Of a stretch of DNA of 64,000 bases, positions 19,143-29,406 are shown piece after piece. This DNA is from a virus. Numbering within the stretch: the stretch's first letter is position 1; the number at the start of each line of letters is the position of its first letter. The notes beneath the pieces were generated by a model. It was given only the letters and a program-made list of their open reading frames with translations, did not search any database and was not told where the DNA came from. The stretch spans positions 8,211 to 72,210 of IMG/VR virus record IMGVR_UViG_3300025000_000083. One strand, 5' to 3'. The position numbers were made by a program, and so were the translations under genes.

Positions 19143-19889
19143 TTAATTTTTATCTTTCTGACGCACTCGTCTTATTTTCCATGCTAATACTAATTTTGTT
19201 TTTTGTTCTTGGGACATAGGGATTCCTTTATTATGAGCAGGGGTACCCTTACGTGCTTCACTTATCTTCTTTTTTATTTCATCTAACATAGGTCCTCGCT
19301 TTGGCATCTTATGAGATTTTCCTATTCTACAAAGACTTCTATTTATTAATGCCTGCCCAACTATTTTTCTTCCTTTATTTGCCTTAATTATTGCTTGCCT
19401 GGTTTTTTCTGGCATTTTCCTTCCAAAATTAGGATGCTTATCTCCCTTAATAGATAATCCTCTTCTCTTTTTCCATTCCTCAGACTGTATGCGTCCTTTG
19501 TTAGCTATACTCATTTTCCTTCTAACTTCTTCTGGTATTATCTTACCTCTATTAGCCTTTATTATTTTTTGCTTAGTTTCTTCAGTCATTTTGCGACCCA
19601 ATGTACTTCCTGCTATTTTACATACATTAAAGTATGGCTGCAGAGTGTTAATATAGTATTGTTCTCTCTCAATAAGAAATTGAGGCAAACAGGGTTCTAT
19701 GATTGAAAAAATCAAATCATCAATCCCATATTTATCTGCATGATGTTGAAGTTTGGGATTATGATGAGTTTTTAGCCTAAGTTGTCTTTTGTGATCCGCC
19801 CATCTATTTTTATAATAAATAGCACTCCCAATGTAAATCCTTTCGGGCTTAACCTTGGATTGAATCTTATATATGACAGGAACGATCAT
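19143..19889 (-). CDS. GIY-YIG endonuclease with NUMOD3 repeats
   Basis: VIYKIQSKVKPERIYIGSA, EREQYYI. Confidence 0.85.
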   Translation of the reverse strand: MIVPVIYKIQSKVKPERIYIGSAIYYKNRWADHKRQLRLKTHHNPKLQHHADKYGIDDLIFSIIEPCLPQFLIEREQYYINTLQPYFNVCKIAGSTLGRKMTEETKQKIIKANRGKIIPEEVRRKMSIANKGRIQSEEWKKRRGLSIKGDKHPNFGRKMPEKTRQAIIKANKGRKIVGQALINRSLCRIGKSHKMPKRGPMLDEIKKKISEARKGTPAHNKGIPMSQEQKTKLVLAWKIRRVRQKDKN

Positions 19890-19990
19890 AACTGAACTTA
19901 TTAATGACACTGAACTTAAAAAAGATGGAAGAGCGTTCAGTAAACCCTTGTCATCGGGGGATCAATCCCGACTATCCATCTTCAAAGATA
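19890..19990 (-). promoter_or_regulatory. promoter plus structured antisense-type leader (type B)
   Basis: TATCTTTG 19983-19990; TCGGGATTGATCCCCCGA hairpin; loop ACTGAAC complementary to 10-nt repeats at 19891 and 19909. Confidence 0.65.
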
Positions 19991-19993
19991 TAA

Positions 19994-20623
19994 CTATTTT
20001 TGGAATAATTTTATCCCTACTTTGACGGAATGAAAGTTCTCTGTGCCATACCTTTGATATAGGTAGCCTATATCGGTGTTCTTTTTGGTGATGAAATCGA
20101 GTCCTCCTCCCCAGAGAAACGACTGTCCGTTACCCCCTGCGATACCATACCCGTATAGGCCACGTTGAGACACTTTAGAGATCACCTGTACTTCAACGGG
20201 TACTGGATACGGAATTGAATCTGTTCGGTGTATAGTGGTCACGATTGGCTTGTATTCCCATTCTTTTGCCAGTAGCTTACCCTCGGTGATGAAATGATAC
20301 CTGACATCAATATCCTTCTGTACAAGGCTGTCTGAGTAGTTATAGATTGAATCAACAGGGTCATTATCGGTGATGTCTGATACTGGTATTCCCGGGATAA
20401 GGACTGGATCTCCTTTAAGATAAATGGTATCTATGTGAATTATTGGTGGTTTATTAGCTGCATCAATCATTGACTGCCAATCCGCTTTCTTCACTATTTT
20501 CTCGTCCTCTGCCGGACATGGTGGTTGTTTCTTGCATTCTCTTAAAAACAAAATATAGAGCACTGCTACTATCAGGAGTACGATTGCTCCATTACCGATT
20601 AATTTCTGCCAAAATTCTTTCAT
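19994..20623 (-). CDS. membrane-anchored lysis accessory (spanin-like) protein
   Basis: N-terminal TM, C-terminal Gly/aromatic beta strands; directly downstream of endolysin. Confidence 0.45.
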   Translation of the reverse strand: MKEFWQKLIGNGAIVLLIVAVLYILFLRECKKQPPCPAEDEKIVKKADWQSMIDAANKPPIIHIDTIYLKGDPVLIPGIPVSDITDNDPVDSIYNYSDSLVQKDIDVRYHFITEGKLLAKEWEYKPIVTTIHRTDSIPYPVPVEVQVISKVSQRGLYGYGIAGGNGQSFLWGGGLDFITKKNTDIGYLYQRYGTENFHSVKVGIKLFQK

Positions 20624-20628
20624 AGTTT

Positions 20629-21066
20629 TTATGGTTTAAATACATATACTTGCTGCCCTGTGTCTTGCACATCACAATGTACCCACGACACCCCATCTTC
20701 AAGTCTTATCGGATACGGGATGATGTTCTTGTTCTTTATGAGCCACTGCCTGATCTCCTCTGCCACCATACCTTGCACGTCCAGATCAGCCCCTTGCCCT
20801 AACATGTGAGGTGACACATATAAACGCTTCTGAGTGATAGCTTTCTGCACCAATGAACACTGGATGCACCGATACCCCCTCTCATCAAACTTGCCTCCGC
20901 TATCCCAACTGTTTATAAAGACAGGCTTGTTTAAGCGGTTTCTTATCCAATCAAGGGTGATGATCAGGCGTGGATCGAAGAACTGCCATGCAGTCTGCCC
21001 GAATCTGTCGAACACATCCTTGCATACAAGCTCCTCTATAATGAAGTTCTCTGCTATCAGTGCCAT
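20629..21066 (-). CDS. endolysin, peptidase M15 family
   Basis: RGYRC, SPHMLGQGAD, WVHCD Zn-ligand motifs. Confidence 0.85.
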   Translation of the reverse strand: MALIAENFIIEELVCKDVFDRFGQTAWQFFDPRLIITLDWIRNRLNKPVFINSWDSGGKFDERGYRCIQCSLVQKAITQKRLYVSPHMLGQGADLDVQGMVAEEIRQWLIKNKNIIPYPIRLEDGVSWVHCDVQDTGQQVYVFKP

Positions 21067-21068
21067 GG

Positions 21069-24000
21069 TTATTCTTCATAAAGTTTCTTCACATAAAATT
21101 CTCTTGTGGTGTTCATCCTTGCTCTTTCCCATGCAAGGTTAAATGTTTCTTCAAGGAGAGTTCCTTCTTTATTCATGTCATAAGGTTTTTTAGATTGCTG
21201 GCTTTGATATTTGTCCTTAGTCTCACCAAGTAATCTCTTTACCTCTTTGCCATAGTTCTCAATAAATTTCTCATTGTAGAGCCTTGACTTCTCCATGCTC
21301 AGATCAATGGGCTTGAATCCGTCTGCGGTAATTCTTACTTTCTGATCAACATCCTTAAATCCTCCAAATTCCCTGATGTTATCAAAGATGACTTTATTAT
21401 CCTTCCTTAACATCTGCCAATATGGACTGTATAAGTTCTGCTGCTGCTTAAGGTCTCCCCTGACATCCTTCTTTTCATCCCTCATCTTCTCGATGATCTC
21501 ATCCATGCCCTTCCCATAATCAAAGAACTCCTCTTTTTCATAAGCCTCCTTAAATTTGATGGCTGTCTCTTGAACAATATCATTCATGCGCTTTATCTCC
21601 AATTGTTTTTCTTTCATTGATAGCAGATCATCTTTCATTACTGCATATCCCGCATCTCTTATCCATGTCAATGATGCTCTGAAATTATTAATTGCCGTGG
21701 AGTTGCCTTCATAGAATGAATACATCCTCTGATTGTCGGGGTCTGCCATTAGCTTATCCAACTTCTCATAATTCTCTGTCTTAACCAGATTATTGAATGT
21801 GGAGTTAAGTTGCTCTACCTTATCAAGGGTTTCATAAAAATCAGATACATATCCACTCTGTAAGCCTACGGGTCTTTCTGTCAATAAGGCTTTGAATACA
21901 GGCATCCTACTGAGCATGGTGAATGAATCCTCTGGCTTCTTGTCAACCAATCCTGCTGCCTGTAATGTCTCATCAAGGATATTTACAGCACCCATCCCTG
22001 CTCCTCCTGTATAACTCTTGACATAATGGTTTATCTTAACAGGAGACCAATTCAATGCCTCACCTATTTTTTTATATATCTCAGGAGTCGAATTGTAATA
22101 TTGCTCAGAGGGTTTTAGCTTTTTCATGGACTCGGAAATAATAGGCTTCCCTGTATACCCTTGTTTATTTGCCCACATCTCAACTTCTGGTCTTATTATA
22201 AATGGGACAAGTTCTGTAATGTTGCCCACCGGAGAAAACTGTTTGAATAACTCATTTGGTAATTCCTCTACAACCCTATCATCATCAGCAACCATGCTAT
22301 CCATGAATGCTTCAATTGAGGATCCAAACACAACTCCAAAGAATCCTTTGGGCATTGGAAGGAAATGATCTGTTCCAGGTATCCTTATGTTGAACATCCC
22401 TACCCTTCTCCATGCTGGAAGCGATTGGTATAGTTTTCTTGATTCTTCGTCCTGATTATTCCACAGCCAGTTTACAAGTGCAGGAGCGGTTATAGCCATA
22501 CCCTTCATAAATAGACTGCCGGGATTTTTCATGGCTTCCACGGTCATCCTTGCATGCTGTGCCCTTGCATTTAAGAAAGGGTACATCCCCAATACGGCTT
22601 TTACCCTTGCTCCATGTATCCCATAATCTGCAGACACATCACGAGACTCAATCGCTGCCTTCCATACATCGTTTGTTTTCTTATATGCGTTCTTGAAAGC
22701 ACCTAACCTTGTGCCTATCTCCGATGCTCTGGATAAGTCCTGAAATGCTGCAAGCGGATTACGTTTGTATGTCTCCCATTTTCTATTGAGGGTTCTCCCG
22801 ATCTTCTTTTTGGCATAATCTTTTTCCATCATCTGATCTGCAGACACAAGGAACGACTGATCTCCTCCACTTGCAAGCCATTTCTGATATGCCTCATCCT
22901 TACCCATGAAAGATGCAATCCCTTTAATGAAATCAGTAGGCAGATAGTTATACTTTGAATAGAACCATGATGACTGCTGATCTCTGAATATGTTCCTTAT
23001 TGGGAATGTAGGATCATACACAACGGCACCTGCCTGTAACCATCTTGAAGGCAGACTTAATTTTCTAAATATCTCAGATACCTTTGCTTCCTGCTGAAAT
23101 ATCGGGTCGTAATATTCCGGTGCAACATCATAGTAATGCGCTTCACCTTTCTCCCATACACTTAGTATCCTTCCCTGCTTTGGCTTCTCCTTGGTGATAG
23201 TATAACGCATCTCTCCCGTCTCTACATCAAAGTATGCCTTGACCTGATTTGGAGGAATTTCTTCAATAATAGAGGTGTCTATTTTCTTGGAACGATTATA
23301 TTTTTGGATGTCCATGAACGCATCCCTGACATTCGTTAAGAGAACATTTCTCTCTCCGGCAGCAAGTATCTGATAGGTGTTCTCAATCATGCTCTGATAA
23401 ATATCCTTGACCGCTTTCATAGACCCATGCCTTGCCCAAACTGCTTTTTCTGAAGTTGCAAGAACATCTTTCACCCCTATGTTCCGACCTCCACCTACTT
23501 CATATTCATCAAAAACTCTCTTTAATGGAACATAATATTCGTGCTGTGACTTAATAAGTTTCACGGTTTCCTGAGACATCTTTCCGGTTTCAACATAAAA
23601 GTCCAATAATGCCTCGTTATATCTTTGAATCTTTTCCTGAAAGTCTAATAAGTCCTTTCTCCCGTATTGCTTCTCCCATAACTCAATAGCCTTATTTGCC
23701 AATTCGGATGACATTACTGCTTTTTCAGGATGGCCTTGCTTATAAGCCTCCATACTATCCATAGCAAGAAGATAACCTCTGTAATCCATATCTTTTGCCG
23801 TTCCTATTATCGGTTTAAGTACAGACACTAATCCTTCAATATCCTTTCTTATCTTAATGTCATTCCCATTTCTTAAATAGGGGTGGTGCAGTAGCCATTG
23901 TTGAGCCCTCCCGTCAATACCCATCATTGTCTTGGCAGATATTAACGGGTCTTTGCTCGTACTGTAACCCGAACCAACAATTTTTTTCCATGGAGCAGCT

Positions 24001-27000
24001 AATTTCTGATCCATGTGTTGCAGATGATTCACCCATGAATAAAGAATCTCATCCTTATCAAGTTTTATTATGCCATCAAGAAATGAAGGTTTCTCCTCTT
24101 TCTCTGCAAACAATGATAAAACTTTTGTTCTTGGATCCTGTGCATCATACCTATTCCAATCCGTTCTTGCCTGAGTAAGTGCATTTTTAATCTCCGGTGC
24201 GTTCTCAATTAATTTTTCAAACCAAGCATAGAACTTTGGAGTAACCTGCTTAACCTGATCAGGATTGATCACATAGTCCTTCACAAACTCAGCGATAGCC
24301 TCAGTCCTTTTCTCTGATGGATAACCTACATATTTAAGGTAGTCTGTTAATTCTTTCTTAAACTCAGCCCTCTGCATCACTCCATCAACTATCTCGTCTC
24401 CATGTTTCTCCCTGAGTGTAACGAGTCTTGAATCTCTTGCTTTTAATTGGATGGTGAGTTTTCCAATAAGATCATTTGCCTTTGGTGATTTTATCCTCCC
24501 TTTCGTCACGTCTGCATTTATAGCATCCTCGGTCTTGTATGTCCTTCCTTTATACTTAACTCCGGGGATTTTTACTGCGGCAGTAACATCAGCAAATCTA
24601 TCTCCCTCAACCTTTGATCTATGGCCAATAACTCCACGAATGTCAAAAGCAAACTGATCTATGTAGTGACCTATCTCATGGGCTAATACCCTGACATCAC
24701 TGATATTCTTAACCCTGATGACTCCACTCTGAGAATTGAATATCCCTGCTGCCTTCCGCATAAACCTCTTGATCATTCCGGTTCTGACCTGTTCTCCCTC
24801 AGTCTTGCCTATGTTCTTTACAAGTCCTCTGCCCATATTACGAAGTGACATGGCATTATTCAAATCACTTGACTTATAATTCGGGTCTTCTGTTGTCGAT
24901 ACGGGCAATGGCTGATCCCATGCAAGTTCTTCTGGATTGTCTGTTTTGGGTTCTGTCTTTAGTTTCTTCTGTCCTTTTGCCCTTGGTGCTGATGGGAATC
25001 CTTCTACCTTCCCCCCTTTGCCTCCCTTTTTAGGTGGTGGAGGATTAAGATTATTCACATCCTCCCTGATCTGCTTTGACTCATCAAAGGTTATCTCTCC
25101 CCTGTCAATAGCCTCCAATACTTCATCTACGGATTGGTAGGTTTTGTCTTTAAAGGTGACTCCGTTCTTTTCTACTTTTGCGGCAATAGGTTTTGCCTCA
25201 CCTTCTGTTTCAACTGGTTTAACATCTGTCTCTGTGCCTCCTGAAACGATATTCCCTTCTTCTTTGCCAGTAGTAATGTCTCCTTGGTTTGGTTTTTCAT
25301 TGGTGTCTGATTTTATTCCTTCGGTTCCTTTTTCTTTGCCGCCTTCAACATCGCCAGTAGCGTTAGCAAGGTAGTCTTCTTCGGCTGTTCTGGACTCTTG
25401 TTCTGCTTTTCTGATGTACTCTGTGATTTCATCATATTCGATTTTAGTTATTAATCCTTTTTCAAGTGCCTTATCTGCATCGGTGTATGAGTAATTATCA
25501 AGTTCTGCACGGTTTCTCTTTATCAAATCCTCCCTCTCTGCACGTATATCATCACGGGATATTGATACCTTGGACTTTCCTTCTGCATTCCAGATGTCAA
25601 TACCTCCATGCTCTTTATACATGCGTTCAAGTTCATTCAATGCCTGTGCTGATGCGGTGGATTTCTTTCCTTCTTTGATGTCACGGAATGCCTGAGCCCT
25701 CTGTTCATTACTCAGACCGCCTATCATCACACCATAGAGATCGGGGTTCGTATCGAATACATCCGCAACATACTTCTGAAACTCAGCATCTCTCTCTGAG
25801 AGTGGCTTCTGTGATTCAATCTTAACCTTATCAACCTTTGTCGGGTCTTTTCTGAGAGCAAGAAATTTGCCATCTTTGATAACACCTACCTTCCACTCAT
25901 CGCCCTCTTTTACTTCATATCCAAGTCTCTTTGCATTTACCCTTATGGTGTTTGCCTGTAAAGCATTTTTCTTCTTCTGTGATGCGGATAAGATGCTATA
26001 ACTACGTGCTGCGTCAATAAGTTCATTCTTTTCAAGTTCTTTCTGGGGTGTCTTAACAAGTCCTGTCTCAACGGGTTCCTCTTTGCCTTTCTGCTTAGAC
26101 TTTATCTCGGCTTTTTTGTTCTCCGTCCATTCATTGATTGCCTTAACAGTCTCGGGTGACGGCCATGAATTGACCTCTCTGTCAAACCACCTCTCATCAA
26201 CTTCACCGCTCTTTTTATCAATGGCAACATCTTCCAGATAGGTAGCAAGTTCCTTCTTGTCAGCAAATGACTTGTCACCTAATGCCAATTTCTCATCAGT
26301 TACTTCTTCCGGTGCTTTCTCTGACTTCTTCTCCTTCTTGGGTGCATAATCCTCCAATGGCTTGCTTAAAGTAGTTTCAAGTGCCTTATTCTGTTCCTCG
26401 ATCTGAGTTGTGATAGACTGTACCTTTGCATCTTTTATCTTCTGATCGGTGCTGGTATCTTCCTGCCAATACTGCAACTCGGATTCCTTTTTCCTGATGT
26501 CATCCACAATCGGCTCTGCTTCTGTAATACGTGGGTCGGCTTCCTTTACTGTGGTGTTGATCTTGTCAGTCCATATCTTTTTTTCCTTTGCAGATAGCTT
26601 CGGGTCATTCTGTATGTTATCAATGAATGCCTTGGGATTCTTTACTATTTCCTGAGTCATGGCATTTACGCTGATGATGTTGTCAATGGATGTCTTTTCA
26701 TCAAGTAACTTCTTTTTCAGTTCTGGATCAGTTTCCTTTTCATACTCATTCCACAACTCATCAGACTGCTTCCGTAACTTCATCGGGTCAACCTGCATCT
26801 TGGATATTGTCTTGATGGCATTATCCGTGGTGGTCAGGTATGAAATGTACGACCTGTGAGCAATAGACCTGTTCATAGCCTCCATGCCAATATCATATCC
26901 TGAGAATAAGCCTCCCATTATAGCTCCTTCCATGAATGTACCTCCCTTTAACTTTGAATCGGCACCGAACATTATGCTATTTGCAAGTCCTTTTGATGTT

Positions 27001-28106
27001 GACGATAATGTTTGTCCTCCTCCAAGTTCCTTTACGAGTTGACCTACACGTCCTGCTACAATTCCCATACCTTCATAGGTTAGCCCATTGGCAATACCTT
27101 CGGCTGTAGATAATGCTACCTTGCCCGGAGATTTCCCTGTTCTTGCAGCCTCTCCTCCTTCCATTACACCTAAATATGCAGGGAATAATGGAGTTCTTTC
27201 CATTCCATATTTTGCTAATGATGCAAGTTTGGGGGTCGGAGGCGTTTTTATAGCCATAAGATCAAACAAAATACTCCCTGTAGATGCAAGGGTTTTTCCA
27301 ATAAGATCATTCGGTATTGCTTCGGGATTCCCCGCTTTTTCAAGGGCATTTGCAAGTAATTCATAATCATCCTTAGCAAAAGCACCTAATAGTGGCACAT
27401 TAGAAAACGCACTTCGTAAATATTGTTCTGAAATGCCCTCTTTCTTTCCTGATGCCTTTTCAACTAAATATGCTGCGGATTCAATAGGACTTGTAACTGC
27501 ATTACCGATTATTCTTATGGCTTGTGCGGCTCTCTGATTAAAGCCTTGTGGCAATGCGGTAAGATATGCTTGTATTGTAGGTTTCTCCTCTTTTACTTCG
27601 GGTGACTTCAATAGTCCTTTTGCCAGAACATCCTCTATGGTAGTCTGAGGATAGCCTGATGAATCGGGTGTTTTTAATGATGTGTCGGGTTTGATGAACT
27701 TGCTGAAGTCTGTTTCTTCGGGTGCAGGCATCGTGTCTAATGCGTGACCTACTACATCACGTGGCTCATTAAACTTAAAGTTTGCCAGTTCAGACGGTGA
27801 TGGCTTCTTGCTTACTTCGGGTTTCTCTTTTGGGGAAGAATCCTCGCCAAAAACTTCGAGAACCAAGTCTTTGCCAAAGCCAAGAGTCTTGTATAAGTCT
27901 TTTTTTTTTAATCCTAATGTCTCGGAAAAACTCTCATAGGTATCAGGAGCATCAAACTTATTAGCCTTCAGATAGTCATAATACTGTTTTGCATTTGCCT
28001 CATCAGCCAATGTTGAAGAGAATGATTCGTAGGTACTCGGCACATCTGCTTTTGCAGTTACCAAATAGTCGTAATACTTTCGTAAGTTGTCATCTTTTAC
28101 TTCCAT
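21069..28106 (-). CDS. giant internal virion / polyvalent protein (HExxH module, C-terminal LPD38-like region)
   Basis: 2345 aa; VLAHEIGHYID; PFLNARAQ ... LPMPKGFFG ... ANKQGYTGKPI; tandem YYDYL..YESFS.TL repeats at N-terminus. Confidence 0.75.
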   Translation of the reverse strand: MEVKDDNLRKYYDYLVTAKADVPSTYESFSSTLADEANAKQYYDYLKANKFDAPDTYESFSETLGLKKKDLYKTLGFGKDLVLEVFGEDSSPKEKPEVSKKPSPSELANFKFNEPRDVVGHALDTMPAPEETDFSKFIKPDTSLKTPDSSGYPQTTIEDVLAKGLLKSPEVKEEKPTIQAYLTALPQGFNQRAAQAIRIIGNAVTSPIESAAYLVEKASGKKEGISEQYLRSAFSNVPLLGAFAKDDYELLANALEKAGNPEAIPNDLIGKTLASTGSILFDLMAIKTPPTPKLASLAKYGMERTPLFPAYLGVMEGGEAARTGKSPGKVALSTAEGIANGLTYEGMGIVAGRVGQLVKELGGGQTLSSTSKGLANSIMFGADSKLKGGTFMEGAIMGGLFSGYDIGMEAMNRSIAHRSYISYLTTTDNAIKTISKMQVDPMKLRKQSDELWNEYEKETDPELKKKLLDEKTSIDNIISVNAMTQEIVKNPKAFIDNIQNDPKLSAKEKKIWTDKINTTVKEADPRITEAEPIVDDIRKKESELQYWQEDTSTDQKIKDAKVQSITTQIEEQNKALETTLSKPLEDYAPKKEKKSEKAPEEVTDEKLALGDKSFADKKELATYLEDVAIDKKSGEVDERWFDREVNSWPSPETVKAINEWTENKKAEIKSKQKGKEEPVETGLVKTPQKELEKNELIDAARSYSILSASQKKKNALQANTIRVNAKRLGYEVKEGDEWKVGVIKDGKFLALRKDPTKVDKVKIESQKPLSERDAEFQKYVADVFDTNPDLYGVMIGGLSNEQRAQAFRDIKEGKKSTASAQALNELERMYKEHGGIDIWNAEGKSKVSISRDDIRAEREDLIKRNRAELDNYSYTDADKALEKGLITKIEYDEITEYIRKAEQESRTAEEDYLANATGDVEGGKEKGTEGIKSDTNEKPNQGDITTGKEEGNIVSGGTETDVKPVETEGEAKPIAAKVEKNGVTFKDKTYQSVDEVLEAIDRGEITFDESKQIREDVNNLNPPPPKKGGKGGKVEGFPSAPRAKGQKKLKTEPKTDNPEELAWDQPLPVSTTEDPNYKSSDLNNAMSLRNMGRGLVKNIGKTEGEQVRTGMIKRFMRKAAGIFNSQSGVIRVKNISDVRVLAHEIGHYIDQFAFDIRGVIGHRSKVEGDRFADVTAAVKIPGVKYKGRTYKTEDAINADVTKGRIKSPKANDLIGKLTIQLKARDSRLVTLREKHGDEIVDGVMQRAEFKKELTDYLKYVGYPSEKRTEAIAEFVKDYVINPDQVKQVTPKFYAWFEKLIENAPEIKNALTQARTDWNRYDAQDPRTKVLSLFAEKEEKPSFLDGIIKLDKDEILYSWVNHLQHMDQKLAAPWKKIVGSGYSTSKDPLISAKTMMGIDGRAQQWLLHHPYLRNGNDIKIRKDIEGLVSVLKPIIGTAKDMDYRGYLLAMDSMEAYKQGHPEKAVMSSELANKAIELWEKQYGRKDLLDFQEKIQRYNEALLDFYVETGKMSQETVKLIKSQHEYYVPLKRVFDEYEVGGGRNIGVKDVLATSEKAVWARHGSMKAVKDIYQSMIENTYQILAAGERNVLLTNVRDAFMDIQKYNRSKKIDTSIIEEIPPNQVKAYFDVETGEMRYTITKEKPKQGRILSVWEKGEAHYYDVAPEYYDPIFQQEAKVSEIFRKLSLPSRWLQAGAVVYDPTFPIRNIFRDQQSSWFYSKYNYLPTDFIKGIASFMGKDEAYQKWLASGGDQSFLVSADQMMEKDYAKKKIGRTLNRKWETYKRNPLAAFQDLSRASEIGTRLGAFKNAYKKTNDVWKAAIESRDVSADYGIHGARVKAVLGMYPFLNARAQHARMTVEAMKNPGSLFMKGMAITAPALVNWLWNNQDEESRKLYQSLPAWRRVGMFNIRIPGTDHFLPMPKGFFGVVFGSSIEAFMDSMVADDDRVVEELPNELFKQFSPVGNITELVPFIIRPEVEMWANKQGYTGKPIISESMKKLKPSEQYYNSTPEIYKKIGEALNWSPVKINHYVKSYTGGAGMGAVNILDETLQAAGLVDKKPEDSFTMLSRMPVFKALLTERPVGLQSGYVSDFYETLDKVEQLNSTFNNLVKTENYEKLDKLMADPDNQRMYSFYEGNSTAINNFRASLTWIRDAGYAVMKDDLLSMKEKQLEIKRMNDIVQETAIKFKEAYEKEEFFDYGKGMDEIIEKMRDEKKDVRGDLKQQQNLYSPYWQMLRKDNKVIFDNIREFGGFKDVDQKVRITADGFKPIDLSMEKSRLYNEKFIENYGKEVKRLLGETKDKYQSQQSKKPYDMNKEGTLLEETFNLAWERARMNTTREFYVKKLYEE

Positions 28107-29401
28107 GTTATTCCGCTATTTTTAAGTACAGTGCCTCTTCCTATTGTCTTAGGGTCTTGCTTTCCATAGATGTCTTTCAACTTGCCTGCCTTGCCATCAT
28201 CCTTTATTATTGGCAGATCACCAGCCTGATCACCTAATCGTTCACGTGGAACGGAGAATATTTGCTTTCTATACACTCCTGCTTCCTGTGAATCTGATGT
28301 TGATGTGAAAATAAATGAATCAGTCTTCGGGTCATAGAAGTTCAACTGAGCACTAACCAAGCCTCCTGCGTCTGTCACTTTCTCCCATTTACCCCCCTGT
28401 AATACATCAGCACCAAGATCGCTCATGGGTATCCCAATAAAAGGTGTTCTTATGTTAAAATCATAATGCTCATCATAATCCCTGTCTCCAAGACGTACTT
28501 TCTGATCATTCCTCGCTGTGGGCTGCGCCTTCGCCTTCTGACTTCCAAATAAAGTGATATTAAGACCACCACCTTCATCCTTCTCCTGTAATGCACGTGT
28601 CAGTTTTCCACTTGCTGCCCTGTTGTATCTGGCTACAAAGTAATCTTTAAGAGGTACTACCTTATACTTGGTATTTTTCGCTTTCTCTGCTTCCAATGCA
28701 CGTAACTCCGGCTCTGGCATCCTTTCAAATAGTTTCACTAAATCTTCTTCTTGCGCCCTCTCCATATTTGCATTTGGCACTCCTGATTCGGGGTCAACCA
28801 TTACCTGAGTGACATAATCTTTGTTGTCATCAACAAACTTATCCACATTACCAATGGTGGGTTTCATTACCAATGCGGTGTTTAAGATAGCATCTCTTCC
28901 TTCAAGGGTGTTGTTGTTAAGCCCTGCTGTTAAATTCTTCTGAGTAGCATCCCAATCAACAAATCGCTGATTCTCCGGCTTCTTAAACTCTTCTGCTCTC
29001 AGTTTTTCAATAACATCAATTTTTACCTTCTGTGCGTTTCGCAGATCAGCCATCTCCTTTGTCTTTGCCTGATAGTCGGTGAGTGCCTTATATGCCATGA
29101 CCTCTCCCTCTGTGGTAGGATTGACAAAGTTCACTCCCTTGGTGGCAAGTTCCATGTACATATCCTTGGCTTTCTGCTGACGTGACATGACCTCCCTGAA
29201 TCCCTCTTTGTCATTCCATCCGTCAAGGTCAATCATTAACTTATCGAGTCCCTTTGCGGTGTTTCTTTCAATCTCATCCTGACGTTCACGCTTGCGCTGA
29301 TACTTAATTGCATTCTGCCTGCGAGCGAACTCAATAGGATCATGGGATGAATCACCAAGATAAGGTGCTGCCTGAAATGAGGGATCTACTGTCTTAGCCA
29401 T
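28097..29401 (-). CDS. putative internal virion (ejection) protein
   Basis: Helical charged 434-aa protein between tail and giant virion gene. Confidence 0.55.
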   Translation of the reverse strand: MAKTVDPSFQAAPYLGDSSHDPIEFARRQNAIKYQRKRERQDEIERNTAKGLDKLMIDLDGWNDKEGFREVMSRQQKAKDMYMELATKGVNFVNPTTEGEVMAYKALTDYQAKTKEMADLRNAQKVKIDVIEKLRAEEFKKPENQRFVDWDATQKNLTAGLNNNTLEGRDAILNTALVMKPTIGNVDKFVDDNKDYVTQVMVDPESGVPNANMERAQEEDLVKLFERMPEPELRALEAEKAKNTKYKVVPLKDYFVARYNRAASGKLTRALQEKDEGGGLNITLFGSQKAKAQPTARNDQKVRLGDRDYDEHYDFNIRTPFIGIPMSDLGADVLQGGKWEKVTDAGGLVSAQLNFYDPKTDSFIFTSTSDSQEAGVYRKQIFSVPRERLGDQAGDLPIIKDDGKAGKLKDIYGKQDPKTIGRGTVLKNSGITWK

Positions 29402-29406
29402 GGTGT

